Shown: piece after piece, positions 11,629-21,444 of the stretch
Position numbering within the stretch: position 1 is the stretch's first letter
How the letters are laid out: every line of letters starts with the position of its first letter
Assembly (NCBI GenBank): GCA_040752415.1
Contig: JBFMGU010000051.1
Coordinates: forward strand, 1 to 48,863
DNA length: 48,863 nucleotides
Direction of reading: 5' to 3'
Origin: Myxococcota bacterium
GTDB taxonomy: Bacteria; Myxococcota; JACRCW01
Position numbers and translations under genes: made by a program
Notes under the pieces: model-generated
Database searches by the model: none
Seen by the model: only the letters and a program-made list of their open reading frames with translations
Told to the model about the DNA's origin: nothing

Positions 11629-11748
11629 ATGCGGAAACTGGTGACGCTTGGCTTGACCCTGCCCGCGGTGATTGTCGCGGGACTCTTGATTCAACCCTAC
11701 CTGGTGGGCCGCTACATCAAGGAAGTGACGAAGCGCCGCGACGACTGA
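11629..11748 (+). CDS. 39-aa single-pass membrane peptide
   Basis: MRKLVTLGLTLPAVIVAGLLIQPYLVGRYIKEVTKRRDD*; GGAGG RBS; hydrophobic helix plus basic tail; below ORF-track size cutoff. Confidence 0.6.
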   Translation: MRKLVTLGLTLPAVIVAGLLIQPYLVGRYIKEVTKRRDD

Positions 11749-11775
11749 AGGGCGGGCGGATACTCCCAGGGAAGG

Positions 11776-11846
11776 AAGTCACAAGTCAGAATGCAGAAGT
11801 CAGAAGGTGCTCACGCTTCGTCGTCATGGGCCACCTTCTGACTCTG
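11776..11846. repeat. Heptamer tandem array plus 12-bp inverted repeat between convergent genes
   Basis: AAGTCAC AAGTCAG AATGCAG AAGTCAG AAGGTGC; arm AGTCAGAAGGTG (11798-11809) pairs perfectly with CACCTTCTGACT (11832-11843). Confidence 0.7.
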
Positions 11847-11885
11847 GAGACTCCTGCGCGGGAGCCTCCAACTGCCACTGGGCTG

Positions 11886-12938
11886 CTACGGCAGCAGCGT
11901 CAGCAACAACCCAATCCAGCCCAGCGTCACCCCCGCGGTGACCAACCCCACCGACACCAGGACGTCCGCCCACGTGAGCGTGAACGCCTGAGAGAAGTAG
12001 CGCGGCGCCCGCTCTCCCGGCGGAACCCACGCGGCCTGCGGCACCGGCACCATGTGCCCTGCCCCGGCCAGGACCAGCGCCAGGATCCCAACGGGAATCA
12101 GCGCCACGCCCACGCCCATCAGCGTTGCGCCAGCCCCACGACGTCCGGTGAAGAACGGCCGCGCCTCGTCCTTTTCCGACGTGGGCGCGGCGGGCGTGGC
12201 GGTAGCTGCGGGTGCGGGCGCTGGTGCCGCCGTGGTGGCGACGGGCGCCGGTGCCTGCGGAGCCACGTTGCCGTGCGTCGTCTGCAGGAACTTGGCGAGC
12301 CCGCGGGCCTGGTCGTGCAGCAGGGCCATGACGTTGACGGGGGACGCGTCGGCGGCGCCGGTCTGTCGCCAGTCAGAGCGCTGCGCGGCCACGTCCACGA
12401 GGTGGAGCGTGGAGGTCTGCCAGGTCCCCGAGACGCTGAGCTGACCGGCCACCACCTTGTGCGCACCGAGCGCGGCGCCGAGGCGGGCCAGCGTCAGCGG
12501 ATCATCCACGGCCCCGGGCGCCTGCATCATGGCGACGAGCGAGGGCACCGACTGCAACGACTCCGCGCCCAGGATCTGGGCCACGCGCAGCTCCGCGAGG
12601 TGGTCGGTGACAATGGCCTTGGCCACGCCGCCCGAGAGCACCGCGCCCTCACCCACCACCCAGTCCAGCACCAGCACCTTCATGTTTGCCAACGCAATCT
12701 GCGGAACCGCCGGCATGGGCGGCGCGGGAGGCGGTGCCGGAGTGGCGGGTGGCGTCGGGGCGGGCGCGGCTTCCGTCGGCGCGGGGGCCGGCGCAACCGG
12801 CGCGGGCGCAACGGGCGCGGGCGGTGGTGGCGTCGGGGCGGGAGCGGCCGCGGGCGGAGGAGAAGCGGCGGGTGGCGGAACGGCGGGCGCAGGGGACTGC
12901 GCGAGAACAAGGGCGGAAATCAGGTCGACCAGGCGCAT
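11886..12938 (-). CDS. Exported/membrane protein: short signal, Pro/Ala linker, alpha/beta domain (CsgG/TolB-N-like), two C-terminal TM helices
   Basis: MRLVDLISALVLAQ; LARLGAALGAHKVVAGQLS motif; two C-terminal hydrophobic segments. Confidence 0.7.
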   Translation of the reverse strand: MRLVDLISALVLAQSPAPAVPPPAASPPPAAAPAPTPPPPAPVAPAPVAPAPAPTEAAPAPTPPATPAPPPAPPMPAVPQIALANMKVLVLDWVVGEGAVLSGGVAKAIVTDHLAELRVAQILGAESLQSVPSLVAMMQAPGAVDDPLTLARLGAALGAHKVVAGQLSVSGTWQTSTLHLVDVAAQRSDWRQTGAADASPVNVMALLHDQARGLAKFLQTTHGNVAPQAPAPVATTAAPAPAPAATATPAAPTSEKDEARPFFTGRRGAGATLMGVGVALIPVGILALVLAGAGHMVPVPQAAWVPPGERAPRYFSQAFTLTWADVLVSVGLVTAGVTLGWIGLLLTLLP

Positions 12939-12968
12939 GGCGGCGCAACCTACCCAACGGGGGGCGGG

Positions 12969-15900
12969 TCAGTCACCGGCCTCCCCTGTGACCGTGATGA
13001 TCGGCGGCGACTCAACGTCGACCCCGGCGCCGTGACGCACCCGCACCTCGACGGGATTCGCACGGAATCGGCCCTCCGCGCGCAGGCGGACCGCCCAGGT
13101 GAGCCCGTCGAATTCAGTGTCCGGGACGTGAACCCAGGCTTCCGTCGCGTCCACGGGCCAGATGCCGGCTGTCTTTCCGGCGCGCCGGATCGAGTCGAGC
13201 ACCACCGTGCCACCAGGGGGCGCGCGCAGCCGGATCCACGCGGCCGTCTCACGCAAGGGGAGATTCCTGAGGGAGAGGACCACGACGTCGTCGAGCGCCG
13301 CGGTTGAAGCCCCCCAGGTCACCTCCGGTCCGCGATTGGCGGCCCATGCGACGACGTCCCAGCTCCGCGCCACGATCAATGCTGCGTCGCCGTCCACGAC
13401 GTGCGCACCGGGGGTGGCCGCTCGCACTCGACGGGGTCCGCGGGAGCCACTCGCCCATTCGGCAACCAACGCGCCTTGCGGGTCCCGCACCGTCGTGGAT
13501 CCGGCTGCTGCGGGGGCCTCCGCGAGCGCGCACAACGCTGACGCGCCGGCCCACGTGTTGTGGAGCGCGCCTCGGCCGCCGAGGAGACGGGACATGCCCG
13601 ATCCGGGGTCCTCTCCCCGCGCGACCAGAACGCGAACCAGGGCCGCGGCGCCCTCCACGGGAAGGCCCACGGCGGCGTTCACCTGCGGAATCCACGTCGT
13701 TACATCACCGCCCGCTGCGTGGAGCGCCTCCAATGCGAGTCCTGCCGCGTCGTGATCAGGGTTGCCGGCCGTGGCCTCAAGAACGCGCGTGGCGACGGCG
13801 CGAGCACGCTCCGGGTGGTCCAACGCCAGGCCCATGGCCAACACCGCGGACCAGTGCTCATGCTGGGGAGACAGCGATCGCACGTCGGGGAACGTGAAGC
13901 GGACCGTGCCACTTTCGTCGGTGCCCGACAGCGCAACCTCGGCGAGCTGGGCGCGAAGCTCGTTGTTTCCGCGCGGGAACACGCTGGCGGCGCGAACAAG
14001 CGTTTCCAGCGTGGTCAGTGTGTCTCGCACGTCGTCACCGCGGGTTGCCACCGCGACGTCCAGCGCACGTTGCAGCAGCTCCTCCGCGCCGGGAACCCTG
14101 GCTCGTGCGGCCCACGTGGCGGCGGCGGCGGCGGAACGGGGATCCTCGAACACGCGGGAGGACAGCTCGCGCAATACCGACGCGCAGCCCGTCCGATGGG
14201 AGTCCCAGACCTCCAGTTCCTGACCGGCCTCCAGCGTCACTTCACAGTGGTCACCACACGCCGTCACGACGTGCGTGGGGGTCGTGAGGCCGTCCGGCAG
14301 GACATCGGTCGTCTGGCGAAGCGGAAGCGAAGAGGTGCCAAGGATCCATCCCGTGCCGTTGCCGTTCGTCTGCACGTTCCACGTCGTGGCGAAGGGGGAG
14401 GACAGACCGCGGAGCATCAACGGCGCGCCACCCACGGCTCCCTCCGCACGCAGCTCCGCGTCAAACGCGCCCCGCCCCTCCACCGCGACCGGCAACGCGA
14501 TCTGGTCTCCCTCGTGCAGCGTCGGTGGAAGGTCCACGCGGAGCATGGTGTCGACGAGGTCACGTGCTCCGGCCTCGCGCACGCCAATGGCTCCGTCCGA
14601 GCCCACGCGCACCGCGCGCACCCGCGCCTCCGCTCCACACGCCGGGAACCGCTCCTGCACGACCGAGCCATCGCCCCACGCGACGGGAGTTCCCTCGTGC
14701 GGAATGGCAAGCGGCGCGTCCATTCCCACGCGGTCGGACATGGGAGGGAGTGGAGTGACGTCGGAGAAGAGGACCTCCAGGGGAACGCTGGCCTCGACCT
14801 CGTCACCGGAGCCCGGAATCTCGTCGGGACCCAGGCTGCGCAGCACCAGACGACCTGCCACCGTCTCCAGCCGGTACGGTCGGCCGAAGGGATCCACGTA
14901 GGCATCCGCGCGACGGACGAGCCAGGGACCGGACGTCGTGGGAGTCAGCGTGCCCTCTTGCACGAGTGAGCGCGCTTCCGTCGCCACGAGGTCCAGGTCG
15001 TGCTGCACGTACGCCCGCAGGTATTCGCGCGCACGCTGCTCATCAGGCTCCGTGGCGACGAGAGATGGCAACGTGGGAGCCAACGCGGTGACCAGCGCTC
15101 TCGCGGAAGCACTCCCCGACCGCTCAGGAGAGCCCAGCGCGCTCCAGGCCTCCGACGACGCGCCCAGCACGCCCTCCCCCCAAGGCCGCCCCACCTCCGA
15201 CACGCCGCAGGTCAACTGCAACATCACCAGCCCCTCGCCGCTCGCCGCGACGCTTTCTCCGACGTTGACCTCCGGCGCGGTCCCTTCCAGGGGCGTCACC
15301 GCGAAGGGGACCGCGTGGGAGAGCAGATCACCGCTTGGCTGCAGCGCCACGCCTTCCAGGTTCTTCAACCCCACCCGCCCCGTCGTCAGCGACGTGGTCT
15401 CCGGCGCCGCGCTCCACCCCGCCCCCGCCACGAACACCGCGAGCGCATCTCCCATGGGCGCGGCCACCGCGTCGTGGAGCAAGAGACCGCCCGCGGGGTG
15501 GTTGGGGGCGTGGAGGGTGATTGGGGCGTCGTTGCCGGTGGGAACCTGGGTGGGAGCGTCGACGTCGATCAACGCGGTTCCCGCGGGAGCGGCCTGGAGG
15601 ACGGCGAGCGCCGCGCCGCAGGCGCCTTCCGCGGTGCACGCGTCCAGCTCCAGCAGGTGCGCGCCCTCTTCGCGCGGGAGGAGCGCGAGGATGCCTTCGC
15701 CGGACGCGTCGATCTCCAGCCGGGTGGCGACGCCGTCCAGCCGCGCTTCCCCATTCGCCGCGACGGGCGCACCGTCCACCCGGAGCGCGAGCACGCGAAC
15801 CCGACAAGGGCCCAGCGCCGCACACGGCAACGGTTGCACCAACAACTGCAGACCCGCCCCGCCCAGCGCCAGCAACCCGTTCGCTCCCGCCGACGGCCCG

Positions 15901-17105
15901 GCTTCCGACGTCACCAGCGCACTCCACGAGACCACGCCGGTGTCCGGTCCCCCCAGCAGCGCGGCCGTCCGTGCCTGGATGAAGAACATCCCATCCTCCA
16001 GCGCGCCCACGGCATCCACCGTCCGCGTCCCCTGGCTGACGACGTGAATCCTGACGTTCCCGTGGATGGGCCGCCCATACGGATCCTGGGCGCTGAAGAT
16101 CAACGTGGCTTGTCCGTCCCGCTCCTCCGACGTCAAGCGCAGCCGCGCTTCCAACCCGCCCATCGGTGCCATCCGCACCGCGGACCGCGCCAGCTCATTG
16201 TTCTCGTCGCGCAACACCACCCACGCCGACGACGCGCCCACCCGCGGCATCACCACCACCGCGCGGGTCACTCCGTTCCCCAGGGGCTGCAGCGTCGACG
16301 CCGTCAGCTCCGTGCCCTCCAGCGTCTCCAGCGTCACGTGGGCTCCCGCTGGCGCTCCCACGACGACGACGTCGAGCGTTTCCCCTGGCCCCACCGTCGG
16401 CCGCGAGAGCACGAGGTACGCGCGCGAATCCGGACGGACGCGCACCGGGTGCGTGAGCGTCCTCGGCGCGCCCTCCCGCGAGGCCATCACGCGAACCTGC
16501 GCGTCGCCCGGCGTGGAGAACGTCACGCTGCCCACCGCGCCGCCCGCCACCGTCTCCAGGGTCCCCGCGGATCCGCCCCCGCCTTCCGCGCCCAGGCTCA
16601 TCCCGGTGGCCTCCGTGGACGCACCCACGACGACGGGAACCTGCGCCCCCACGGGAACATCCTCGGGAACCGCCAGGCGCAGGTCGGGGGAACGCAGGAG
16701 GGCCAGCGCGCTCCGTCGGGAATGGACCTCCCAGGGGCCCATGGCGGCCTGCAGGTGCAGCACGCGGTCGGCTTGCACGTCGCGCGCGTCCAGGCCGTTC
16801 GCTCCCCCCAGCTCCACCGTCCACGACGCGTGCCCCAGCACGCCTGTATCCGCGCGCCCCAGCAACGTCCCATCCAGCTTCCGCAGCGCGAGCTGCAGGC
16901 GCATGGGCCCCGGCAGCCAACCGGCGAACGCCGGCCCATGGACCACCAGCGTGTTGCCCCGCACCTCGGCGCGCAGGTCCTCCTCGACGAGATGGAGCGG
17001 TCCGTCGGCGAGCAGCTCCCCCGCGGGCCCCACCTCCGCGGCGGGCGGAAGCTGGCAGGCGCACAGGCCCAGCAGCGTGGCGAGGAGGAAGTGGGTCAGG
17101 CGCAC
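12969..17105 (-). CDS. Large lipoprotein, divergent alpha-2-macroglobulin-like, with GspG-C-terminal-like insert
   Basis: Lipobox LGLCAC; MG2-like LSRPTVGPGETL; A2M-like LRVDLPPTLHEGDQIALPVAV; C-terminal AEGRFRANPVEV; DPFGRPY...RSLGPDEIPGSGD. Confidence 0.6.
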   Translation of the reverse strand: MRLTHFLLATLLGLCACQLPPAAEVGPAGELLADGPLHLVEEDLRAEVRGNTLVVHGPAFAGWLPGPMRLQLALRKLDGTLLGRADTGVLGHASWTVELGGANGLDARDVQADRVLHLQAAMGPWEVHSRRSALALLRSPDLRLAVPEDVPVGAQVPVVVGASTEATGMSLGAEGGGGSAGTLETVAGGAVGSVTFSTPGDAQVRVMASREGAPRTLTHPVRVRPDSRAYLVLSRPTVGPGETLDVVVVGAPAGAHVTLETLEGTELTASTLQPLGNGVTRAVVVMPRVGASSAWVVLRDENNELARSAVRMAPMGGLEARLRLTSEERDGQATLIFSAQDPYGRPIHGNVRIHVVSQGTRTVDAVGALEDGMFFIQARTAALLGGPDTGVVSWSALVTSEAGPSAGANGLLALGGAGLQLLVQPLPCAALGPCRVRVLALRVDGAPVAANGEARLDGVATRLEIDASGEGILALLPREEGAHLLELDACTAEGACGAALAVLQAAPAGTALIDVDAPTQVPTGNDAPITLHAPNHPAGGLLLHDAVAAPMGDALAVFVAGAGWSAAPETTSLTTGRVGLKNLEGVALQPSGDLLSHAVPFAVTPLEGTAPEVNVGESVAASGEGLVMLQLTCGVSEVGRPWGEGVLGASSEAWSALGSPERSGSASARALVTALAPTLPSLVATEPDEQRAREYLRAYVQHDLDLVATEARSLVQEGTLTPTTSGPWLVRRADAYVDPFGRPYRLETVAGRLVLRSLGPDEIPGSGDEVEASVPLEVLFSDVTPLPPMSDRVGMDAPLAIPHEGTPVAWGDGSVVQERFPACGAEARVRAVRVGSDGAIGVREAGARDLVDTMLRVDLPPTLHEGDQIALPVAVEGRGAFDAELRAEGAVGGAPLMLRGLSSPFATTWNVQTNGNGTGWILGTSSLPLRQTTDVLPDGLTTPTHVVTACGDHCEVTLEAGQELEVWDSHRTGCASVLRELSSRVFEDPRSAAAAATWAARARVPGAEELLQRALDVAVATRGDDVRDTLTTLETLVRAASVFPRGNNELRAQLAEVALSGTDESGTVRFTFPDVRSLSPQHEHWSAVLAMGLALDHPERARAVATRVLEATAGNPDHDAAGLALEALHAAGGDVTTWIPQVNAAVGLPVEGAAALVRVLVARGEDPGSGMSRLLGGRGALHNTWAGASALCALAEAPAAAGSTTVRDPQGALVAEWASGSRGPRRVRAATPGAHVVDGDAALIVARSWDVVAWAANRGPEVTWGASTAALDDVVVLSLRNLPLRETAAWIRLRAPPGGTVVLDSIRRAGKTAGIWPVDATEAWVHVPDTEFDGLTWAVRLRAEGRFRANPVEVRVRHGAGVDVESPPIITVTGEAGD

Positions 17106-17123
17106 GGGTGACCCATGGTAGCG

Positions 17124-17867
17124 CTATTCCGGCGGCAGCAAGGGGGCGGGGTCCACGGCCTTGCGCTTCTGTCTCACCTCGAAGTGGAGGTGCGGGCTCT
17201 GCGCGTATCCCGTCCGCCCCACCCGCGCGATGACGTCACCCTGCTTCACCCGCTGCCCTTCCTTCACCAGGTTGACCTGGTTGTGCGCGTACACGGTCAC
17301 ACGCTCGTCGGCGTGCTGCAGGACCACCAGGAGACCGAACGCGCCCTTGTCGTCGCCGGCAAAGAGCACTTCTCCATCTGCCGCGGCGCGGATGGGGGTT
17401 CCCTCGGGGGCGCCCATGTCCATTCCGTCGTGGAAGCTGCCCTGGCGCGGGCCGTACTCGGAGAACACCACGCCCTGGTCCAGCGGCCAGATGAACGGCG
17501 TCCCCGCGGTGTTGGGCGGCGGCGGCGACGTGTCCGTGCGTTGTCGCTCACGGGCTTGCGGGATGGCCATGGGATCCGGCGCGGGGATGAACAGCGTCTG
17601 CCCCACCGCGAGCGCGTCCGGGTCCTCCACCCCGTTCACCTCGGCAATCTCGTCCACGCTGGTGTCGTACTTGTCCGCGATGGTCCACAGCGTCTCACCG
17701 GGCTGCACCACGTGCGTGGTCCCGGGCGGGTCCGTTCCTTCCGGCTCCGACGGTGGCGGCACCGTGGCGGGCGTCTCCGGCGGCGTCTGCTGTTTCCCCG
17801 CGCACGCACCGGCGCCCAGGGCCACCACGCTCAGGAACGCGACAACGGCGGATCGGGCGGTGCGCAC
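17124..17867 (-). CDS. nlpD: LysM + M23 peptidase lipoprotein (NlpD-like)
   Basis: Lipobox GAGAC; LysM HVVQPGETLWTIA; M23 HDGMD, YAHN, PHLHFE; follows surE. Confidence 0.85.
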   Translation of the reverse strand: MRTARSAVVAFLSVVALGAGACAGKQQTPPETPATVPPPSEPEGTDPPGTTHVVQPGETLWTIADKYDTSVDEIAEVNGVEDPDALAVGQTLFIPAPDPMAIPQARERQRTDTSPPPPNTAGTPFIWPLDQGVVFSEYGPRQGSFHDGMDMGAPEGTPIRAAADGEVLFAGDDKGAFGLLVVLQHADERVTVYAHNQVNLVKEGQRVKQGDVIARVGRTGYAQSPHLHFEVRQKRKAVDPAPLLPPE

Positions 17868-18634
17868 GTGAAACCCGGGAGCTGGTCAATGTTCATCATG
17901 CCAGAGAGCGCCGTGGTGTCCGTCAGGGAGACGCGCACCGGCGTCACCGAGATGATGCCCTGCGCAATGGCGTTGCAGTCGGTGCCGGGCAGATCCTGGT
18001 GACCATCCCACTCGCCGCCAATCCAGAAGTACGGCTTGCCGCGGGGATCCTTCCGCTCCTCCACGCTGTTGCGCCAGGAGTGCTTGCCCAGCGCACAGAA
18101 CCGGAACTGCGTCTCTGACGTGGCGCGCTTGGGCACGTTCACGTTGAGGATCAGCCCCTTGGCCAGCCCGTGCTGGAGGACGTGGCTTGCCAGGGAGCGC
18201 GCGAAGCTGGCGGCCACGCGGAAGTCGTCGACGCCGGTGCTGCCGCCCACGCGCGAGACGGCGATGGCGGGGATCCCGTTGTTGGCGCCCTCGAACGCCG
18301 CGCTGGCGGTGCCGCTGTAGAGCACGTCGTCACCGAGGTTGCCGCCGTGGTTCACGCCGGAGATCACGATGTGCGGCGGCGCGTGCGCCATGACCTTGTG
18401 GATGGCGAGGTAGATGCAGTCCGTGGGGGTGCCGTCCACGGTGAAGGTGCGCTCGGCCAGGTGCCGCATCCGCAGGCCGCGGTGCAGGGTGATGGCGCGG
18501 CTGACGGCGGACTGCTCCTGCTCGGGCGCCACCACGGTGACCTCGCCGATCTCCTGCATGGCCTCACGCAAGGCGTGGAGACCGTGGGCGTGGATGCCGT
18601 CGTCGTTGCTGAGGAGGATGCGAGGACGACTCAC
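17831..18634 (-). CDS. surE: 5'/3'-nucleotidase SurE
   Basis: ILLSNDDG, VAPEQEQS, GTPTDC, SGVNHGGN, YSGT. Confidence 0.97.
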   Translation of the reverse strand: MSRPRILLSNDDGIHAHGLHALREAMQEIGEVTVVAPEQEQSAVSRAITLHRGLRMRHLAERTFTVDGTPTDCIYLAIHKVMAHAPPHIVISGVNHGGNLGDDVLYSGTASAAFEGANNGIPAIAVSRVGGSTGVDDFRVAASFARSLASHVLQHGLAKGLILNVNVPKRATSETQFRFCALGKHSWRNSVEERKDPRGKPYFWIGGEWDGHQDLPGTDCNAIAQGIISVTPVRVSLTDTTALSGMMNIDQLPGFTCAPPDPPLSRS

Positions 18635-18698
18635 GGGTCACGCCGTCAGGGCGCGCGGCCCAGCTGGCGATGCGGCCCCGAAGTCAGGAGGGGAAAAA

Positions 18699-18777
<79 letters not shown>

Positions 18778-18888
18778 ACCATTGCCTCAACCCGCGGCGA
18801 CGTAGTTGCCCGGGGAGAGGCGTGCGGGCTTTTCTCGCTTTGGGGCCCCGAAGTCAAGCACTTGCTGAGGCACGAGCGAGAAATCCCG

Positions 18889-21444
18889 TCAAACCGCCAC
18901 GAAGTTGATCAACCTGCCCTTCACGAACACCACCTTCTTGATGCTCTTGCCCTCCAGGTGCCGCTGCACGTTGGGCTCCGCCTGCGCCGCCGCCTTCACG
19001 GCGTCCTCGCCAGCGTCCACCGCCACCTGGACCTCACCACGCAGCTTCCCGCTGACCTGCACGGCGTAGGTGATGCTCTGGGCTGCCACGGCGTCGGCGT
19101 CGAACTTCGGCCAATCCGCCAGCGCCACCAGGCCCTTGCCGCCCAGCGCGTTCCACATCTCCTCCGCCAGGTGCGGGGCCACCGGCGCCAGCATCTGCGA
19201 GGTCAGGGTCAGCGCTTCCTTGAGCACGCCGTCGGAGACCTTGGGCTGGGCTTCCGCCGCGCCGGCCTCGTACAGCGTGTTGGTGAGCTCCATGAGCGCC
19301 GCAATGGCGGTGTTGAACTGGTAGTCGATCCCGCTCGCCCCGCCGCTGAGATCCTCGCCCACCTTCTTCAGCGTACGGTGCGCGGCCCGACGCACCATCT
19401 CGTCAGCACCGGTCAACCCCGCCATCGATGACGGCGTGGCCGCACCCTTGATGCGCTCCGCGTGCATGGCCCCCACGCGGTACACGCGCGCGAGGAAGCG
19501 GCTGGCACCTTCCACGCCCTTGTCGCTCCACTCCAGGTCCTTCTCGGGCGGGCCGGCGAACATGAGGAACACGCGCGCGGTGTCCGCACCGTAGGTGTCG
19601 ACGAGCGTGTCGGGGTCCACCGTGTTCCCCTTGCTCTTGCTCATCTTCGCGCCGTCTTTGTAGACGATGCCCTGCGTGAGCAGCCGCTTGGCCGGCTCCG
19701 CGACGCCCACCAGGCCCATCTCCTTCATCACCCGGTTCCAGAAGCGGAAGTACAGCAGGTGACCCACGGCGTGCTCGGGGCCGCCGATGTAGAGGTCAAT
19801 GGGCAACCAGCGGTCTGCCTCCTTGCGCTCGACGGCAACCTTGTCGTTCTTCGCGCTCAGGAAGCGTGCGTAGTACCAGGCGCTGTCGACGAAGGTGTCC
19901 ATCGTCTCGCCGTCGCGCTGGGCGGGCCCGCCGCACCGGGGGCACTTCACGTTCATGAATTCCGGCACGGTGCGCAGCGGCGCCGTCCCGGTCATCTTCA
20001 TGGTGATCTTCTCCCACGGCGGCAGCGTCACGGGGAGCTGGTCGTCGGGGACGGCCACGGGGCCATCCTTCTCGCAGTAGATCACCGGGATGGGCGTGCC
20101 CCAGTACCGCTGGCGAGAGAAACCCCAGTCACGCAGGTGGTACTTCACCGTCTTCTTGCCGAAGTCGCCGGCCTGCGCGCGCTCCGCCAGCTGCTCGCGA
20201 GCTTCCGCGCTGCCCTTCCCCGTCATGTCCTTGGAGTTGGCCAGCACACCGTCCTCGGTGAACGCCTTGCCTTCCTTGTGGAGCGCCGCAACGTACGCTT
20301 CTCCGTCGCTGCGACCCGCGGGATGGATCACGATCTTGATCGGCAGCCCGTACTTCTTCGCGAAGTCGAAGTCGCGCTGGTCATGACCCGGGACGCTCAT
20401 CACCGCGCCGGTGCCGTACTCGGCGAGCACGAAGTTGGCGATCCACAGCGGGATGCGCTCACCGGTGAACGGGTTCTTCACGTAGTGGCCGGTGAACACG
20501 CCCTCCTTGGGCGCGCCCTCGGCGGTCCGCTCGGTCTTGTCGGTGGCGCGCATCTTCTGGACGAACGCTGCCACCTCCCCTTCCCGCTTCCCCTTGCCGA
20601 ACTGCTGGGCCACCAGCGGGTGCTCGGCGGCAATCACGGCGTACGTGGCGCCGTAGATCGTGTCGACCCGCGTGGTGAAGACGCGCAGCGCCTGGCCCCT
20701 GGCGTTGGGATCCTCGTCGGTACCGGCGTAGGCGAACTCCACTTCCGCACCCACGCTCTTGCCGATCCAGTTGCGCTGCGCGCCCAGGATGCGCTCCGGC
20801 CAGGTCAGCTCGTTGAGGCCCTGCAGCAGGTCTTCCGCGTAGTTGGTGATGCGGAAGGCCCACTCCGGGATCTCGCGCGTGACGACGGTGGAACCGCACC
20901 GCCAGCACTTCCCGTCCTCCACCTGCTCATTGGCCAGCACGGTGTTACAGGACGGACACCAGTTCACGGATGATTGACGACGGTAGACAACCCCGCGCTC
21001 CCACATCCGCAGGAAGAACCACTGGTTCCAGCGGTAGTAGTCGGGGCGGTAGGTGGCCACCTCGCGGTCCCACTCGTAGCTGAGCCCCATGCGGTCCATC
21101 TGGCGACGCGCATTGGCGATGTTCTTGGGCGTCCGCTCCGGCGGGGGAACACCGTCCTTCAGCGCGGCGTTCTCCGCGGGAAGTCCCAGCGCATCAAAGC
21201 CCATGGGGTGGAGGACGTCGTGGCCCTTCTGGCGGAGGTGCCGGGCAATGACGTCACCCATGACGTAGCAGCGCAGGTTGCCCATGTGCAGGCTTCCCGA
21301 CGGGTACGGGAACATCTCCAGCACGTAGAACTTGGGCTTTCCGGGCTGCTTGCCGGCGGTGAAGGCGCCCTGCTCCGTCCAGGCCTTCTGCCACCGGGGC
21401 TCGATGTTCTGCGGGACGTATCTCTCATCCATGACGTTGCTCAT
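18889..21444 (-). CDS. leuS: Leucine--tRNA ligase
   Basis: MFPYPSGSLHMGN (HIGH-type), CP1 editing domain YGTGAVMSVPGHDQRD, KMSKS. Confidence 0.98.
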   Translation of the reverse strand: MSNVMDERYVPQNIEPRWQKAWTEQGAFTAGKQPGKPKFYVLEMFPYPSGSLHMGNLRCYVMGDVIARHLRQKGHDVLHPMGFDALGLPAENAALKDGVPPPERTPKNIANARRQMDRMGLSYEWDREVATYRPDYYRWNQWFFLRMWERGVVYRRQSSVNWCPSCNTVLANEQVEDGKCWRCGSTVVTREIPEWAFRITNYAEDLLQGLNELTWPERILGAQRNWIGKSVGAEVEFAYAGTDEDPNARGQALRVFTTRVDTIYGATYAVIAAEHPLVAQQFGKGKREGEVAAFVQKMRATDKTERTAEGAPKEGVFTGHYVKNPFTGERIPLWIANFVLAEYGTGAVMSVPGHDQRDFDFAKKYGLPIKIVIHPAGRSDGEAYVAALHKEGKAFTEDGVLANSKDMTGKGSAEAREQLAERAQAGDFGKKTVKYHLRDWGFSRQRYWGTPIPVIYCEKDGPVAVPDDQLPVTLPPWEKITMKMTGTAPLRTVPEFMNVKCPRCGGPAQRDGETMDTFVDSAWYYARFLSAKNDKVAVERKEADRWLPIDLYIGGPEHAVGHLLYFRFWNRVMKEMGLVGVAEPAKRLLTQGIVYKDGAKMSKSKGNTVDPDTLVDTYGADTARVFLMFAGPPEKDLEWSDKGVEGASRFLARVYRVGAMHAERIKGAATPSSMAGLTGADEMVRRAAHRTLKKVGEDLSGGASGIDYQFNTAIAALMELTNTLYEAGAAEAQPKVSDGVLKEALTLTSQMLAPVAPHLAEEMWNALGGKGLVALADWPKFDADAVAAQSITYAVQVSGKLRGEVQVAVDAGEDAVKAAAQAEPNVQRHLEGKSIKKVVFVKGRLINFVAV

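Noticed and set aside
12700..12900. GC-rich quasi-repeats
   Set aside because: Explained by the Pro/Ala linker codons of the 11886-12938 protein.
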